A stretch of DNA of 60,290 nucleotides, filler included, from Dugesia japonica (GCA_001938525.1; 5 parts of 5 records of this genome joined end to end with filler, not necessarily neighbours in it); one strand, 5' to 3'. Positions 27,260 to 38,998 are shown, numbered from the whole stretch's first letter. Translations and numbers: made by a program. The notes: a model not told the origin generated them from the sequence alone.

Positions 27260-27742
27260 TGAAAAGTGTACAATGCTTACAATCACTTAATTTTAAAACG
27301 GTATTTAAATTATTAATTAAATTAATTAATTNNNNNNNNNNNNNNNNNNNNNNNNNNNNNNNNNNNNNNNNNNNNNNNNNNNNNNNNNNNNNNNNNNNNN
27401 NNNNNNNNNNNNNNNNNNNNNNTTTTGAAATTCTTAATCCTGGAAATATTTCTGGTTCATATACACATTTGATTACTTTGGATAATTCATATAAATGAAT
27501 CATAGTTCCCAAATCATGGACAAATGTCAGTGATTGTAGTTGAATATTCTGGATATATTACTTTAAATCCTTTGGTCTTATTAGTTTCTTCAACCCATGA
27601 TTCTACAACTTCCTGATTGAAAGAAAACAAGGGTATACTTATCTGCTTTTTCTACTACTTGAGTAGGTTTTTCACTCGGAAATTTCATTTTTCTGGTAAC
27701 TTCTTAATCAAAGTTTCCTCTGTAATTAATATTTGCAATCAT
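27260..27742 (-). pseudogene. TATA-binding protein (TBP)-like gene within the Polinton
   Basis: Repeat 1 MIANINYRG...KYTLVFFQSGSCRIMG resembles TBP TALIFSSGKMVCTG. Repeat 2 IQLQSLTFVHDLGTMIHLYELSKVIKCVYEPEIFPGLRISK resembles IQNMVGSCDVKFPIRLEGL...YEPELFPGLIYR. Intronless, with stops, one frameshift and an N gap over the C-terminal part. Confidence 0.75.
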
Positions 27743-27832
27743 TATTTATGAATAATTCATTTTCAAAGTGGTATTTATACCTGTATAAACAATATTAATT
27801 CAATTGATACGTTTAAACAAGCATAAATTATA
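27743..27832. promoter_or_regulatory. Putative bidirectional promoter with back-to-back TATA boxes
   Basis: TATAAA on the minus strand at 27774-27779 and on the plus strand at 27784-27789, between divergent ATGs at 27742 (-) and 27833 (+). Confidence 0.5.
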
Positions 27833-28370
27833 ATGGAATTAAGAAATGATGCTTTATATCAAATTTTTGGACCTAGTGGTAGTGTTAAAACGTTGTTTGT
27901 ATGTAAATTATTGAAATCCAACTTATTAAAATCAAAGTTCAATAAAATATATTGGCATAGAGATGCAGATGAGGAGCATGGAATGACTCAATCAGCATTT
28001 TGTTATTTAAAACTGACCATAATTAATGGATTTAATGACAATTGAAGCAAGAGATTGAAAACAGGTGATGTCATTGTTGTTTATGATTTGTATCAAGAAG
28101 CTAATAAAGAAAGGAATTTTAATACTTTATTCACAAAAATATCAAGACATTGTGGTGTTACTGTATTCAATACACAAAATCTATTCCATCAAGGTGACGA
28201 TCATTAAAACCGTAATTTAAATGTTCAATATTTGGTTATATTTGAAACTCCAAGAGACCAAACTGTTGCTGAATTTCTAGCAAGACAAGCGTATCCAAAT
28301 AATCAACAATTTATATTGAATTCATTTAAAGATGCAACAGTAGTGCCTCATGGATATATTTTTCTGGATA
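27833..28370 (+). pseudogene. A32-like genome packaging ATPase (Polinton)
   Basis: Walker A GPSGSVKT, Walker B-like VIVVYDL, LFTKISRH, TQNLF, NLNVQYLVIFETPRD, HGYIFLD; stops and a frameshift. Confidence 0.88.
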
Positions 28371-28617
28371 TATTTTATCAAATCGATAAAGAATGCAATA
28401 AAAAAGTCAATAAAGAGAACAATAAAGAAGTCAATAAAGAAGTCGATGAAGAGACAATCAAGAATGCATTCAAAAAATGTGAACAAGGATCAAACAATGA
28501 ATGTGAAAAAGAAAAAACTAAAGAAAAAGTCAAAGAAGAATGAAAAAATAAAGATTTAATCCACTGGTAAATGGTTTAAGCTATAAACAATCTAATCATG
28601 TGTTAATAATTAATATT

Positions 28618-28935
28618 ATGGCATTTTAACGAAGACCTCCCTTATTTAAAATTATTTTTAAAGGCTCCACAAGAGTCTACAATGACAATGTTACAGTCAT
28701 TTCCAAAGTTTGTTATTGATGATTGATTAGAAATAGTTGTAAATATTGTTCGAGGAAATGTATTTCTCAACAACGATAAAAAACTTATTTTACAACATCA
28801 TAAAAAGCCGTTCCTTTCAATTGTTAAAACTAAGAAGAAAAAATGGGAAAAATAATCTATAAACAAAAGGGTGGATTCATTGCTGCATTATTACNAATAG
28901 CATTAGCAGCATTAGGATTAACAAATTTATTATAA
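28618..28935 (+). pseudogene. Polinton conserved small ORF with QxGGF motif
   Basis: FPKFVIDD*LEIVVNIVRGNVFL...HKK...IYKQKGGFIAALLxIALAALGL. Confidence 0.75.
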
Positions 28936-28938
28936 ACA

Positions 28939-29347
28939 ATAGTTAATTTAGAGTCATTATCACGAATTTATTTGACATTTATCTCAAACTGTTGTATTGG
29001 AAGCAATATAAACAGACAAAAAAAGTCCAGCAGGATTCAAATAAGTGGAAAAGTTATGGAAACGACAATAAGCTCAAAAGGCGAGAGAAAACAGTGGTTA
29101 TCGAACCAGTTAGCGTACAGTCTCAACAAGCCAATTTTGAAAAGATTCCCAACAAGACCGTATAAAACCTATGGAATTGATGACTTAAGACAAATGGATT
29201 TGATGTAAATGATTCCATATTCAATAATTTATAAAAGGTACAAGTATATTTTAACATGTATCGATGTTTTCAGTAAATTTGCAAGAGCTATACCTATAAA
29301 ATCAAAATAATCTATCGAAATGGAAACTGCAATCAAGATAATGTTTA
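28939..29347 (+). pseudogene. Polinton retroviral-like (rve) integrase, N-terminal part
   Basis: KQWLSNQLAYSLNKP...RQMDLM*M...YKYILTCIDVFSKFARAIPIKSK; truncated by an internal deletion. Confidence 0.88.
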
Positions 29348-29349
29348 AG

Positions 29350-29410
29350 AATTTAATTATATTCAGCTCTGGCGCTAAACCTCATTTAACATTACACTTT
29401 AGGAAAATAA
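29350..29410 (+). pseudogene. Minor capsid protein (penton) C-terminal remnant
   Basis: NLIIFSSGAKPHLTLHFRK matches the typical Polinton penton C-terminus (...LHFRK) and sits at the expected position. Confidence 0.6.
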
Positions 29411-29605
29411 ATGTTTAATCCTGATATAATATCATTATATAGCACTAGTCTAGCTAGTGGAGAATTACCATACTTTGTAAGAAAACAGTATGGATCTGGA
29501 TGGTTGCAAACAATTGGTCGATTTGCTTAACCTATTCTTAAACATAGTGGTGCAATTGACATGAAAACAGCACAAGATGTAATAAATAATAATGCAAATA
29601 TTTGA
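29411..29605 (+). pseudogene. Polinton amphipathic-helix ORF (cupiennin-like / pVI analogue)
   Basis: LPYFVRKQYGSGWLQTIGRFA*PILK...KTAQDV; QxGxG followed by an amphipathic helix, immediately upstream of MCP. Confidence 0.7.
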
Positions 29606-29608
29606 CTA

Positions 29609-30820
29609 ATGATTTGTGGGAAAACAGAATTGTGCATTTTTGATCGTCCATCTCCTCAAGAGGTTATTAAATATGGAGTATTTGAAGATGTGTTTCTAAT
29701 TAATAATATTTCTGAAAGTACAAATGATGGATCACTAACTGAATATTTGGATTTGAATGATACTATTTTGTATGTAAAAGTGAAGGTAGTAGATAAGAAT
29801 GGTAAATAATTGGAAGCAAAAGCCGATGTAATACTTGCGAACTTCATATTGCATAGTCTATTCAAGGATGTAATTCTTCAATTAAATAATATTAAAGTTG
29901 AAGGTGGAAATGAAACNTATGTACCTAAAGCATTGGTTGAGACTACTTTGAATTATAATTGAGATACAAAGGATGTTTATCTTAACGCCATGGGATATGG
30001 AAATGATTATTTTAGACAATCAAGCATTAGATCATCAAAGCCGTGGTCTCTGAATAAACCTCTACGTTTAGATGTTATTTCTCAACCAAAATATCTTATT
30101 CCAGGTGTCAATGCTCACATTCAATTGAAAAGATCAAAGTCAAAAATGTGTCTAGAATCCAAACTTGATGAATCAAAATATAAATTATTGGATGCAAAAT
30201 TATTGATTAGAAGAGTTCGAGTGGATTCATCAGTACTAACAGCTCATCAAATTGGATTAACCAAACAAAANNNNNNNNNNNNNNNNNNNNNNNNNNNNNN
30301 NNNNNNNNNNNNNNNNNNNNNNNNNNNNNGTAAAGACAGTTCATAATTTTATAAGGAGCAAATCTTTGGAGATCGTAGATTACCAACTTTTATTTTGGTT
30401 ACATTTCAAGACGAAGAACGATATAAAAGTAGTTATCAAATACAAAGTTCACTTTTCGGTAATTTCAATGTTAAATCTTTGACATTGTCTAAGAATGCGG
30501 ATTTCAGAGACTTACACGCAAGATTTTAAAAATAATGATTATAGTACATCATATATGCAATCGATAGTTGGAAATATGGGATATCTAAACAAGAATATGA
30601 ATTGTGGAATAACACTAGAAGATTTAAAAATCAAATATCCATTTTTCACTTTTGTCCTTCTCCAGACTTTGATATAAATCAGAGTCAATTACCGATGTAG
30701 TGTAACCTTAAGTTGAACATCAAATTCGATTCTNCATTAGTGGCACCAGCACATATAATAATTTACGGGATATTTGAAAACGAGATTCAAATTACTGCCA
30801 ATAGACAAATATTGCTTTGA
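29609..30820 (+). pseudogene. Polinton major capsid protein (double jelly-roll)
   Basis: KTELCIFD, YLDLNDTILYVKVKV, NFILHSLFKDV, LDVISQPKYLIPGV, LLIRRVRV, RLPTFILV, YPFFTF, IIIYGIFENEIQITANRQI; several stops and frameshifts. Confidence 0.9.
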
Positions 30821-30910
30821 TCAATCAGCTTTGGTTTAAACAATCTCATTGGTATAAAAAATTTAAGATAATGAAGTAAGTTTTGATAATACAAATAATT
30901 TATTTATTTA

Positions 30911-31075
30911 ATTAGTTCAATGCAGATCGATACAATCGGAAAAAATGGTCAAAATCATATTGGTTAGGAGTATTTTCATTAGACAAGATTCCATATATTC
31001 CAGTCAATAGAGCCCTAGTAGTCAACACACAGAGCTCAAACTTCGCAGGTGAACATTGGTTATCTCAACTATCGT
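30911..31075 (+). pseudogene. Adenain-like cysteine protease, N-terminal part
   Basis: WLGVFSLDKIP...LVVNTQSSNFAGEHWLS includes the catalytic His; truncated. Confidence 0.82.
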
Positions 31076-31663
31076 GTTTATCCAAGTCTATTATTTACAA
31101 TAAAATACAGTACCAGAAATTACTTTCTACGAATTAAAGTCCACTTTGCTTACTATGATTACGAAAACAATATAGCGGATGAAGAAATATTCTGGAAAAG
31201 TATCAAATATGCTGAAAAAATCAAAATGGTTGATGGAAGGTTTGTATTGAATAAATGTATTAAATAAACAACGTGCTACTTATTTAATTTGTAATTCTTA
31301 CTGTGTAAGTTTTATGATGAATATTTTTATTGTTGAGTTTTATTGTAATTTTTATGGTAAATCAAATTTTTAATGTAAATTTAAGTTTTTATTGCAAAGT
31401 TTTAGTCTATTGAATTCTTTAATTAATTAAAATAATTTAATTTTAATTAAGTAAAATTATTTAGAAATAAATCTTTGGTGACGAAATAAAAATTTAAATA
31501 ATATATGAGCCTAGTAAGTATAAATTATTTAAATATTAATTAAATTATTATTATCAAGAAACGATACGAAAAATGTTTTTGTTTTATCGTTTCAATTTTA
31601 TAATTACAATTATTGTGAGAATAATTGTTGGACTTAACCATTGATCGCATTTGAGATTTCATT

Positions 31664-31763
31664 NNNNNNNNNNNNNNNNNNNNNNNNNNNNNNNNNNNNN
31701 NNNNNNNTTAATTAATTAANNNNNNNNNNNNNNNNNNNNNNNNNNNNNNNNNNNNNNNNNNNN
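31664..31763. other. Artificial contig spacer
   Basis: 44 N + TTAATTAATTAA + 44 N. Confidence 0.95.
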
Positions 31764-32335
31764 CACATAAAGCTCAGAGATTTCCGAATAATCAATGTTT
31801 AACTTCAGCAGCTAAGGTTTTTTAGTGTTTATGAGGAAATAATTTTTATTTAATCATTTTGAGCCAATTGAAATTGAGTTAATTCTGGATAAAGATTTTT
31901 AAAATACTATTCAATAATCATTTCTCTTATTAAGTATANNNNNNNNNNGTAAAATAAAAAATGTCTAACAATATGAATTCTGATTTGCAAAATGAATTAA
32001 CAATTGAAGATTTACCTAACAGTGTCCACCACAGTTGTATGACGCAAACCATATGTATCTTTGCAATTTCCTTTTTTTTCTTGTTGTAAAAGGGGATTAA
32101 AAAAGGGGATAAAAAATTGTAAAAGGGGATCCACTTAACAAAAAAGTTAAGAAACACTACTTTAAGTCATAAATTTGTTCCATCGTGTGAACATTTACTA
32201 CTTTTTCGGTGACAAAGAATATTCGAAAAAACAACCTGTTTTATTAATTGGAATGTAAAATTATATAAAAGGGCAAATATAAAATATAAAAATTAACATT
32301 TTATTCTCATTCTTTTAAATAAGCAATTACACAAC

Positions 32336-32451
32336 AGGGTTTCTCACATAAATTAAACAATAAAATAATACATATGACGCAAACCATATGTAAGTAACTC
32401 ACATTTTTTTCAGCACAATCCCTCTCGCGGTCCCTAGTTTGGGAACCACTG
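32336..32451. mobile_element. Small hAT-type MITE
   Basis: Ends CAGGGTTTCTCA... and ...TTTGGGAACCACTG (CAGTGGTTCCCAAA-type TIR). Confidence 0.45.
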
Positions 32452-32737
32452 AGCTAGAAGGTCATGTATAGATATTAGCACGGACCTAGAAGCAAAATAT
32501 GAAATGGTTAGGAGTTTGGAAGGATAAATTCCATTAAGAAACGAGCACAAAAGTCAAAAAAATTACACNNNNNNNNNNNNNNNNNNNNNNNNNNNNNNNN
32601 NNGTGAAGATTAGAGTTTGTAAACCATTGAATAAATCAAAAAGTCCACGGTTGATGGCGCCAGCCATAATTGTTGGACGTAACCATTGATCGTTAAAATA
32701 ACAGTTTCGATCAAAATTTTTTTGTTATTTTGTGATT

Positions 32738-32772
32738 AATTCGATATTTCGACTTTGTCTGCGTCAGGAATT
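32738..32772 (-). ncRNA. Minimal type I hammerhead ribozyme motif (Penelope pLTR), one core substitution
   Basis: AATTC-CTGACGC-A-GAC-AAA-GTC-GAAA-TA-TC-GAATT. Confidence 0.6.
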
Positions 32773-32803
32773 CCTGACGAAGACAAAGTCGAAATACCGA
32801 ATT
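32769..32803 (+). ncRNA. Minimal type I hammerhead ribozyme motif (Penelope pLTR), one core substitution
   Basis: AATTC-CTGACGA-A-GAC-AAA-GTC-GAAA-TA-CC-GAATT. Confidence 0.6.
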
Positions 32804-33149
32804 AATCTCAAAAAACCAACAAAACAAAAAATTTTGATCGAAGCTTTTATTTTAAATGAAAGATTAGGGTTGTTAAAACTTATTTTGGTAACGGAAATTA
32901 GTTCGCGAGCCACAGTTCGCATTTTTCCGCATTTGCATCATTTCCACAATTACTCTAAAATAAAAACCGAAGTTTATTGTACGCTGAAAATGTTATCAGT
33001 GTTTCGATTTCGACTATTTAAAGAGGGATGTTTTTATTTCTATTGGACGAAATAGTTAATTTATGTGAGAAACTCTAATAAAATTTTAAAAAATAATTTG
33101 GCTACACTTATTACGCAATTATCTAGTGAACTATTTATTGAAGGAATTA

Positions 33150-33570
33150 AATATATTTTACAATTACTAGAATTATTGTGGGACTTAAGAATTTGTTGGA
33201 CTTAAATATTGATCGCATAAGAGATCTCATTAAATTAAAAGCTTCCATCAAAATGATGTTTTTTATTATATTTTTTATAATTTTTTGCCTTCTTCAGGAT
33301 TTAACGTTTTGATTTATTCCAGGTTTATTATAATAATAGAAAATTTTTGGAATTTATTTTGTTATTGAATTTTATTGGGTTAATTTATTTTAAATTACGT
33401 TGATTTTAGGTTTATCTTCTTTAAATAGTAATTATTCATGTTTCCTCCTGTTAAGTGTGGTAATAAAGCTTGTTCCTAGTGTTTCCCATGTTATATGATG
33501 TTGTTCTGGTGAAATATTATGTTTGTGTTGAAAGTGTTTCTTTTTACTTGATGTGTTTATTTTTATTATT
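33150..33570 (-). mobile_element. Penelope-like element 3' end with pseudo-LTR
   Basis: KHFQHKHNISPEQHHITWETL...RRKHE*LLFKEDKPKIN resembles a GIY-YIG C-terminus, followed by degenerate CTGAAGAAGGC and the shared pLTR sequence. Confidence 0.6.
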
Positions 33571-33793
33571 GATTAGTATTATTTATTATAATTATTTTTG
33601 ATTATTATCATTGATTATAATTATTATTATTGATTATTATCGTTGATTATAATCTTTATTATTGATTATTATCATTGCCAATATTATTATTATTGATTAT
33701 TATCATTGATTATAATCATTATTATTGATTTTTATCATTACCAATATTATTATTGATTATTATCATTGCCAATATTATCATTGATTATTATTA
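33568..33793 (+). repeat. ATT/GATT-rich minisatellite
   Basis: Repeated ATTATTGATTATTATCATTG units. Confidence 0.85.
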
Positions 33794-34024
33794 AAGAATG
33801 AAAACCACTCCGAAATAATCAATAAAAGTTATTATTATTCAAAAAAGTTAATTTTTAATTAATCAAAATTAATAATAATAATTTTTAAATTTTTAATTTA
33901 TTGAATACATTAACTAAAAATCTATTAAGATTCCTAATTCATAACACTATAATCATAATTTTTAAATTTTTATTATCAATTGATATTTTTTTAAGAAACT
34001 AGATAGATACAAATGTAAACTAAC

Positions 34025-34263
34025 CCATCAATGAGCGGTTTAGCTATGGTATTGAAAATCTCTTCTTGTTTTGATAAGATATTGAATACATAATCGTAAG
34101 TAAATGCTTTGTCTTTACCAATATAAATCTGAGGTTCATTAGGAGTGACGCTGGCACATATTTGATTCATTTGCATTCGTTCTCTTGAATTTTGCGGACG
34201 AATTCTAACAGCTACTTTTACGCTTGCATCGGATGATTCATTACTTTCACTACCAACTGTCAT
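34025..34263 (-). CDS. KIF21: Kinesin-4 family motor KIF21, first coding exon
   Basis: SVKVAVRIRPQ...ICASVTPNEPQIYIGKDKAFTYDYVF...KPLIDG closely matches the KIF21A/B N-terminus; GTTAGT donor at 34024; probable 5' UTR intron at 34294-34436; later exons not seen. Confidence 0.9.
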
Positions 34264-34699
34264 TTTGGGAAATTTATATTTCCAATTTAAAAGCTAAGAA
34301 TAAAATGAATCAAAAATAATTTTAACTTATTTATTAGACAATTAAATTTATTTAAATAGAAAATTATTTTATCAATTTTTTTTACTTAAACAGATAAGAA
34401 AATAATATGACGGTTGCTTAATATCAAAAAGCTTACCAAATAATTAATGCTAAACTACTAATTTTAATGAAATTAATTAACATTTATTCCATTTGAGCAT
34501 AATTAAATTAGAAATTAAAATAATCATTGGCTTATAGTTTATTTGATATTAATTCAAACAATCAACAAATGATTATTATCATTTATCATATTTTCATTTA
34601 AAACCAAATATAAAATACTCATTAATTATTGATTTAAAACGTTATTTTTATACTGAAACTATAAAAAACAATTTTTTAAAAATAAATGATAAGTGAATT

Positions 34700-37495
34700 T
34701 TTAATCTTATTAAGAGAAATATGCAGAAATATATGAGAGTCAATATTTTATAATTGATGGAAAAATTGATGAAAAATTAAGTTAAATGCTTTTTATAAGT
34801 ATTCCTTGATATTTAATGAATATTCTAATATTTTGCGGTTAATTTTTTTCACTTAAAGTTTAGTATTTGCCATATAGATTTTTTCTTCTTTAATCTTACT
34901 AGCGCCTATTGTATCTAAAGCTTTATTGATATATTCCTTAATTTTCAGAAAACGACTAACCATTTGAATCAGGAAATTCCATCGCATTTTGAAGTCCATG
35001 GGCAGATATAGATGTATATTTTCTGTTTGTTTGACAATTTTTTTAAAAATTCTATTTCTTAAATTGAAACACTTGGCCTATATCTCGATGAATTCTGACA
35101 TGAAATTTATGATCTAGGTCGAAAATGAGTAAGTTAAAATTTGAATCATGATAAAAATTACTTTCATTCTCATTTTAATCTTCCTTAGTATCAGTATTAC
35201 TAAAGAATTTGTTTTCTTCTGGGTTATTTTCAGCTACTTTTATCTGCCCTGAATGTGACAGATAAAACTGAATAGTAGCTTTAAGTAGTTTTTTTTGTAT
35301 TTTACCTTAGATTCAGAAGCGTTGAGTTGAAGCAACGATATCACAGTACAAATCAATTAAAAATTCATGCATTTCCCTTTCTTAGAAACTCCAAATATTT
35401 TTCAGAGTTATAAAACCTTTTAATAGGAATCACGTCAAGAAAATATGATTTATGAATGGAATAAAGCATGAAATTCATATATAATCTTACAATATAGGCA
35501 GTCCATTCATCAATTTTCATGCTGAATTTAAAACCACCTTTTTACAAGATTTGCAATTCTTTCTGGACTTCAAAAATTTTTTCTGATAGAAATCCATAAA
35601 TTTTTTGTTACACAAAAAGTTGTTTTACTTTTTGGCATATTTACGTTTTGATTTCTTTCAATACTTATTATTGCTTCACATTTAAAAATAGTCACAAAAA
35701 AATCTCATCCATTGCGTTGCATTTTGTGAGAATTTAATTTTAAGTTTCTCTTTTAACAATATGCAAAGTATTATTTCCGCAAGGTTTAAATTTTCAAGTT
35801 GATGTTCTATTTCTAGTTTCACCAGGAAAATTTTCCTTTTTGAATATTGTTGGGGTTTTATCTATGTGGGTCGATTTTTTAATAATTATGTCTAGGGGGA
35901 TTGGCTTAATAAAACCCTGCCAAGAATTTAATCTGGTGTCCAAAGATCCAGATCTTCGGAATGGAGCCGTTGACTCGAAATCTGAGTACAGACTCGCACT
36001 CCTTTGGTTTGGGTCCAAATTTCATATTACTCGCTTGATTTACATATCATACTTATTACTTATCAGTCATTAGTTTATTAATCTTCAGCTTATAACTCGT
36101 TTATTAGATTTCATTTTATAAATTATTGAGGTCCTAATTAATTAAAATCTTTTCGCATTAACGGTTAAACATTTTAAACCGAGTTTGCTTAATTACTACT
36201 TTCATGTTAAAAATCAATACCTTATGTTTTTACTATTATAAGGAATAAAAGAATTCAACGAGTGAAAAAATATATTCTTAATTTTACTGTTACTGGTACA
36301 TATATTTAACAATTATAATAAGCAAACAACTAACATGACTGAATCCCGATCAGGAGCAAGCACATAGGAATTATTGGATTTATCATGACCACCAATTGCG
36401 TAACAATTAACCATTAACTTGGATCCCCATCTTCATAACGAGACTGATTATTATGGGTTCCAGAACTTCTATAATCCATCAAGTCGGAAATCGTTGCACC
36501 ATGAATCAAAGAGTAAAATTAATCACCTTTCGTGATAATTGAATATTTTCCGGTCAAACTCGATATTTTTCCTGATAAAGATTGATTTTTGGTGAAATTT
36601 TCATCGGTATTTATACCGGTTTCTCTTCACACCCCCATTTCGTTTATTGGTTATTTGGAATCGTACGACTTTTCTGACGTTTCCATTGGCTTGAACGTCA
36701 TGTGAGCTCTTTTTATTGTTGATACTTTTGGACTTCGAATCTATTGATCAACCTTCAAACCCCTGTATCTTTTTTCTGAGACTCCTAACGATTTTTTAAC
36801 TCAGATTTTCAAGATTTCCGATTCTTTCTTGACCAGAATCATTTTAATTGCTAATTTTTTTTACTATGGGAAGTCGTTGTTTTTGCCATTTTTCATTAAA
36901 CAATTATTTTTCTTTTAAAAATAATTTATTTTAAATTGTTCAATTTATTTTATTTAAATAAATAAATTAATTATTTCATTTTCCTCCAAAATATTAATTT
37001 GTTGTTCATTTCTTTGTCTTCCTGATTAACTTTAATTTAATTTCGCTGTTTTCTTTTGCTAATTAATGCTTTTTTGTTTATTTTTTGTGAGATAATAATC
37101 CATTTTCTTCGACCTTCTTTCTTTTAGTTAATGAATTACTTTTATTTGTTATCAATTGTCCTTTTTTTGGTATTTTTTCAACATTTCCTTCTCTTTGTAC
37201 GAACCATCTCTCCTTCTTTAGTTCCGTAAACACGGTCTTTTTCTTCAATTATTCCTTTCTGTAACTGATTTTACTCCTTCTGTTGTTTGTATTCTTCGTT
37301 TTCTTTCTTATGACATTCTTTCGAATTTCAGGGGTACCTAATTGCTGGTTTATTTTTCAATCTCAAGTGTTTCACAACAACAATATTGATGCCATATATT
37401 TTTAAATGGTTCATCATTGTAGTGATTGTTCCATCACTACATTAATCTGTCCACAATTATTACATTTGGATTTGAATTTTCTTTCTAGCGCTTAG
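34700..37495 (-). mobile_element. Decayed hAT transposase interrupted by an insert of about 1.5 kb
   Basis: BED-finger remnant KSKCNNCG...GTITTMMNHLK at about 37385-37480; core KFSMKIDEWT at about 35500, DIVAST, DFKMRWNFLIQMVSRFLKIK at about 34940-35000. Confidence 0.7.
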
Positions 37496-38526
37496 TATTG
37501 TAAAGTTGGTAGATATGAGTCTTCTTGGACTTACCCGCCCAGGGGGAATAATTTTCTAATTTTTAATTTAATTTTATATCTTTACCAATATAATATCTAG
37601 AAAGCACTCTGTGACACTTTCAAATTTTATATGATTTTTAAAATTTTTAAATTAAATCTCAGTTAAGAAGCCGGTGAGCATTCTAGTACATTTTTTAATT
37701 TCAATTTATTTTTAAAATTTTAAAATAAAATTTTTAAAATTTAAACCCAGAGAGCTGAAATCTACATACTCTGAGACACATTTTTTAAATTTTAAATTTT
37801 TATTTATATCTAGTAAAAAAACTGGACAGCACTATGATACAATCAATTTAAAACAATATTAAATATAAATAGAATAAAGTTAATTGAATTTATTTTCAAT
37901 GAATTAATTGTTTAAATTTCAAATAAAATGTGTTGGAATCATTTATTTTACTATATCAATAGCATTTATTAATACACACTTGTTTTTAAAACCTATATAA
38001 ACAGAAAATTCAATTCATTATTCATTATTTCAACTGAAAATAATAGAAACTCTTACCTATGAAAATGCATCTAAACTAATATTCAAGTGTGAAAAACCAA
38101 GAAATTACTAAAAGTATAATATGGTTTTCTTTAGGAGAACAATTAATTATTCTTTTCAAGTAATATTTGTGAACAAAGGATCATCAAAGATTGTGAATAA
38201 TAAGAAGAAAAACCAAAGAAGAATGCAAAGATAAAGACTTAATCAATCGGTAGATGGTTCAAGCTCTAAGCAATATAACAATATATGACAAAGTCTTCCT
38301 TATTTACAAGTATTCCTCAAGTCACCACAAGAGTCTACAATTAAAATGTTACTGTCATTTTCAAAGTTTGTTATTGATGATTTATTAGGAATTATTGTAA
38401 ATATTGTTCGAGAAAATGTAATTCTCAACCAAGATAAAAAGCTTATTTCACAACTTCATAAGAATAAGAAGTTAATGAGAAAAACAATCTATAAAAACAT
38501 TAAGATTACGAACTTTATTATAAACA

Positions 38527-38840
38527 ATGGATAATTTAGAGTCATTATCACGAATTTAGCTTAAATTTATCTTAAATTGTTGTAATTGCAACAATATGAA
38601 CAGATACAAAAAATCCAGCAGAGTTCAAATGATTCGAAAAGTTACGGAAAGCAACAAAGCAATTTAAAAAGCGAGACAAAAAAGTGGTTATCGAACCAGT
38701 TAGTATACAGTCTAAACAAGTCAATGTTGAAAAGATTCTCAACAAAATTGTATAAAACATATGGGATTGATGATGGGATTGGATTTGATGGAAATGATTC
38801 TTTTTTTAAGAATATATAAAGGTTAGAAGTATATTTTAAA
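38527..38840 (+). pseudogene. Polinton integrase N-terminal remnant
   Basis: KKWLSNQLVYSLNKSMLKRFSTKLYKTYGIDD, homologous to 28939-29347. Confidence 0.8.
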
Positions 38841-38859
38841 ATATATATATTTAAAAGCG

Positions 38860-38998
38860 TAAGACTTTTATGATTTTTCATTAAAAAGTTCCAGACTTTG
38901 AAAATTTTTTAAAGAAAAGTTCCAGGCTTTTATGTTTTTATGAAGAAAAGTTCCATGCTTTGAGATTTTATGAAGAAAAGTTCCAGACTTTTATGATT
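38860..38998 (+). repeat. Tandem repeat of about 29 bp inside Polinton copy 2
   Basis: Four to five AAGAAAAGTTCCAGACTTTTATGATTTTTATG-like units. Confidence 0.8.

Larger units (their letters stand above)
23395..31270 (+). mobile_element. Polinton/Maverick (adintovirus-like endogenous virus), decayed copy 1
   Basis: Co-located pPolB, A32-like ATPase, retroviral-like integrase, penton tail, amphipathic-helix ORF, double jelly-roll MCP and adenain protease in one contig; no paired TIRs recognised. Confidence 0.9.

Noticed and set aside
26012-30820. Alternative genetic code (stop readthrough) in Polinton genes
   Set aside because: Stops of all three types occur with frameshifts and deletions and differ between copies; ordinary pseudogenisation explains them.
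38860-38998. CRISPR-like array (also 13925-14190 and 25024-25215)
   Set aside because: Eukaryotic context, degenerate tandem units without regular unique spacers, and no cas genes.
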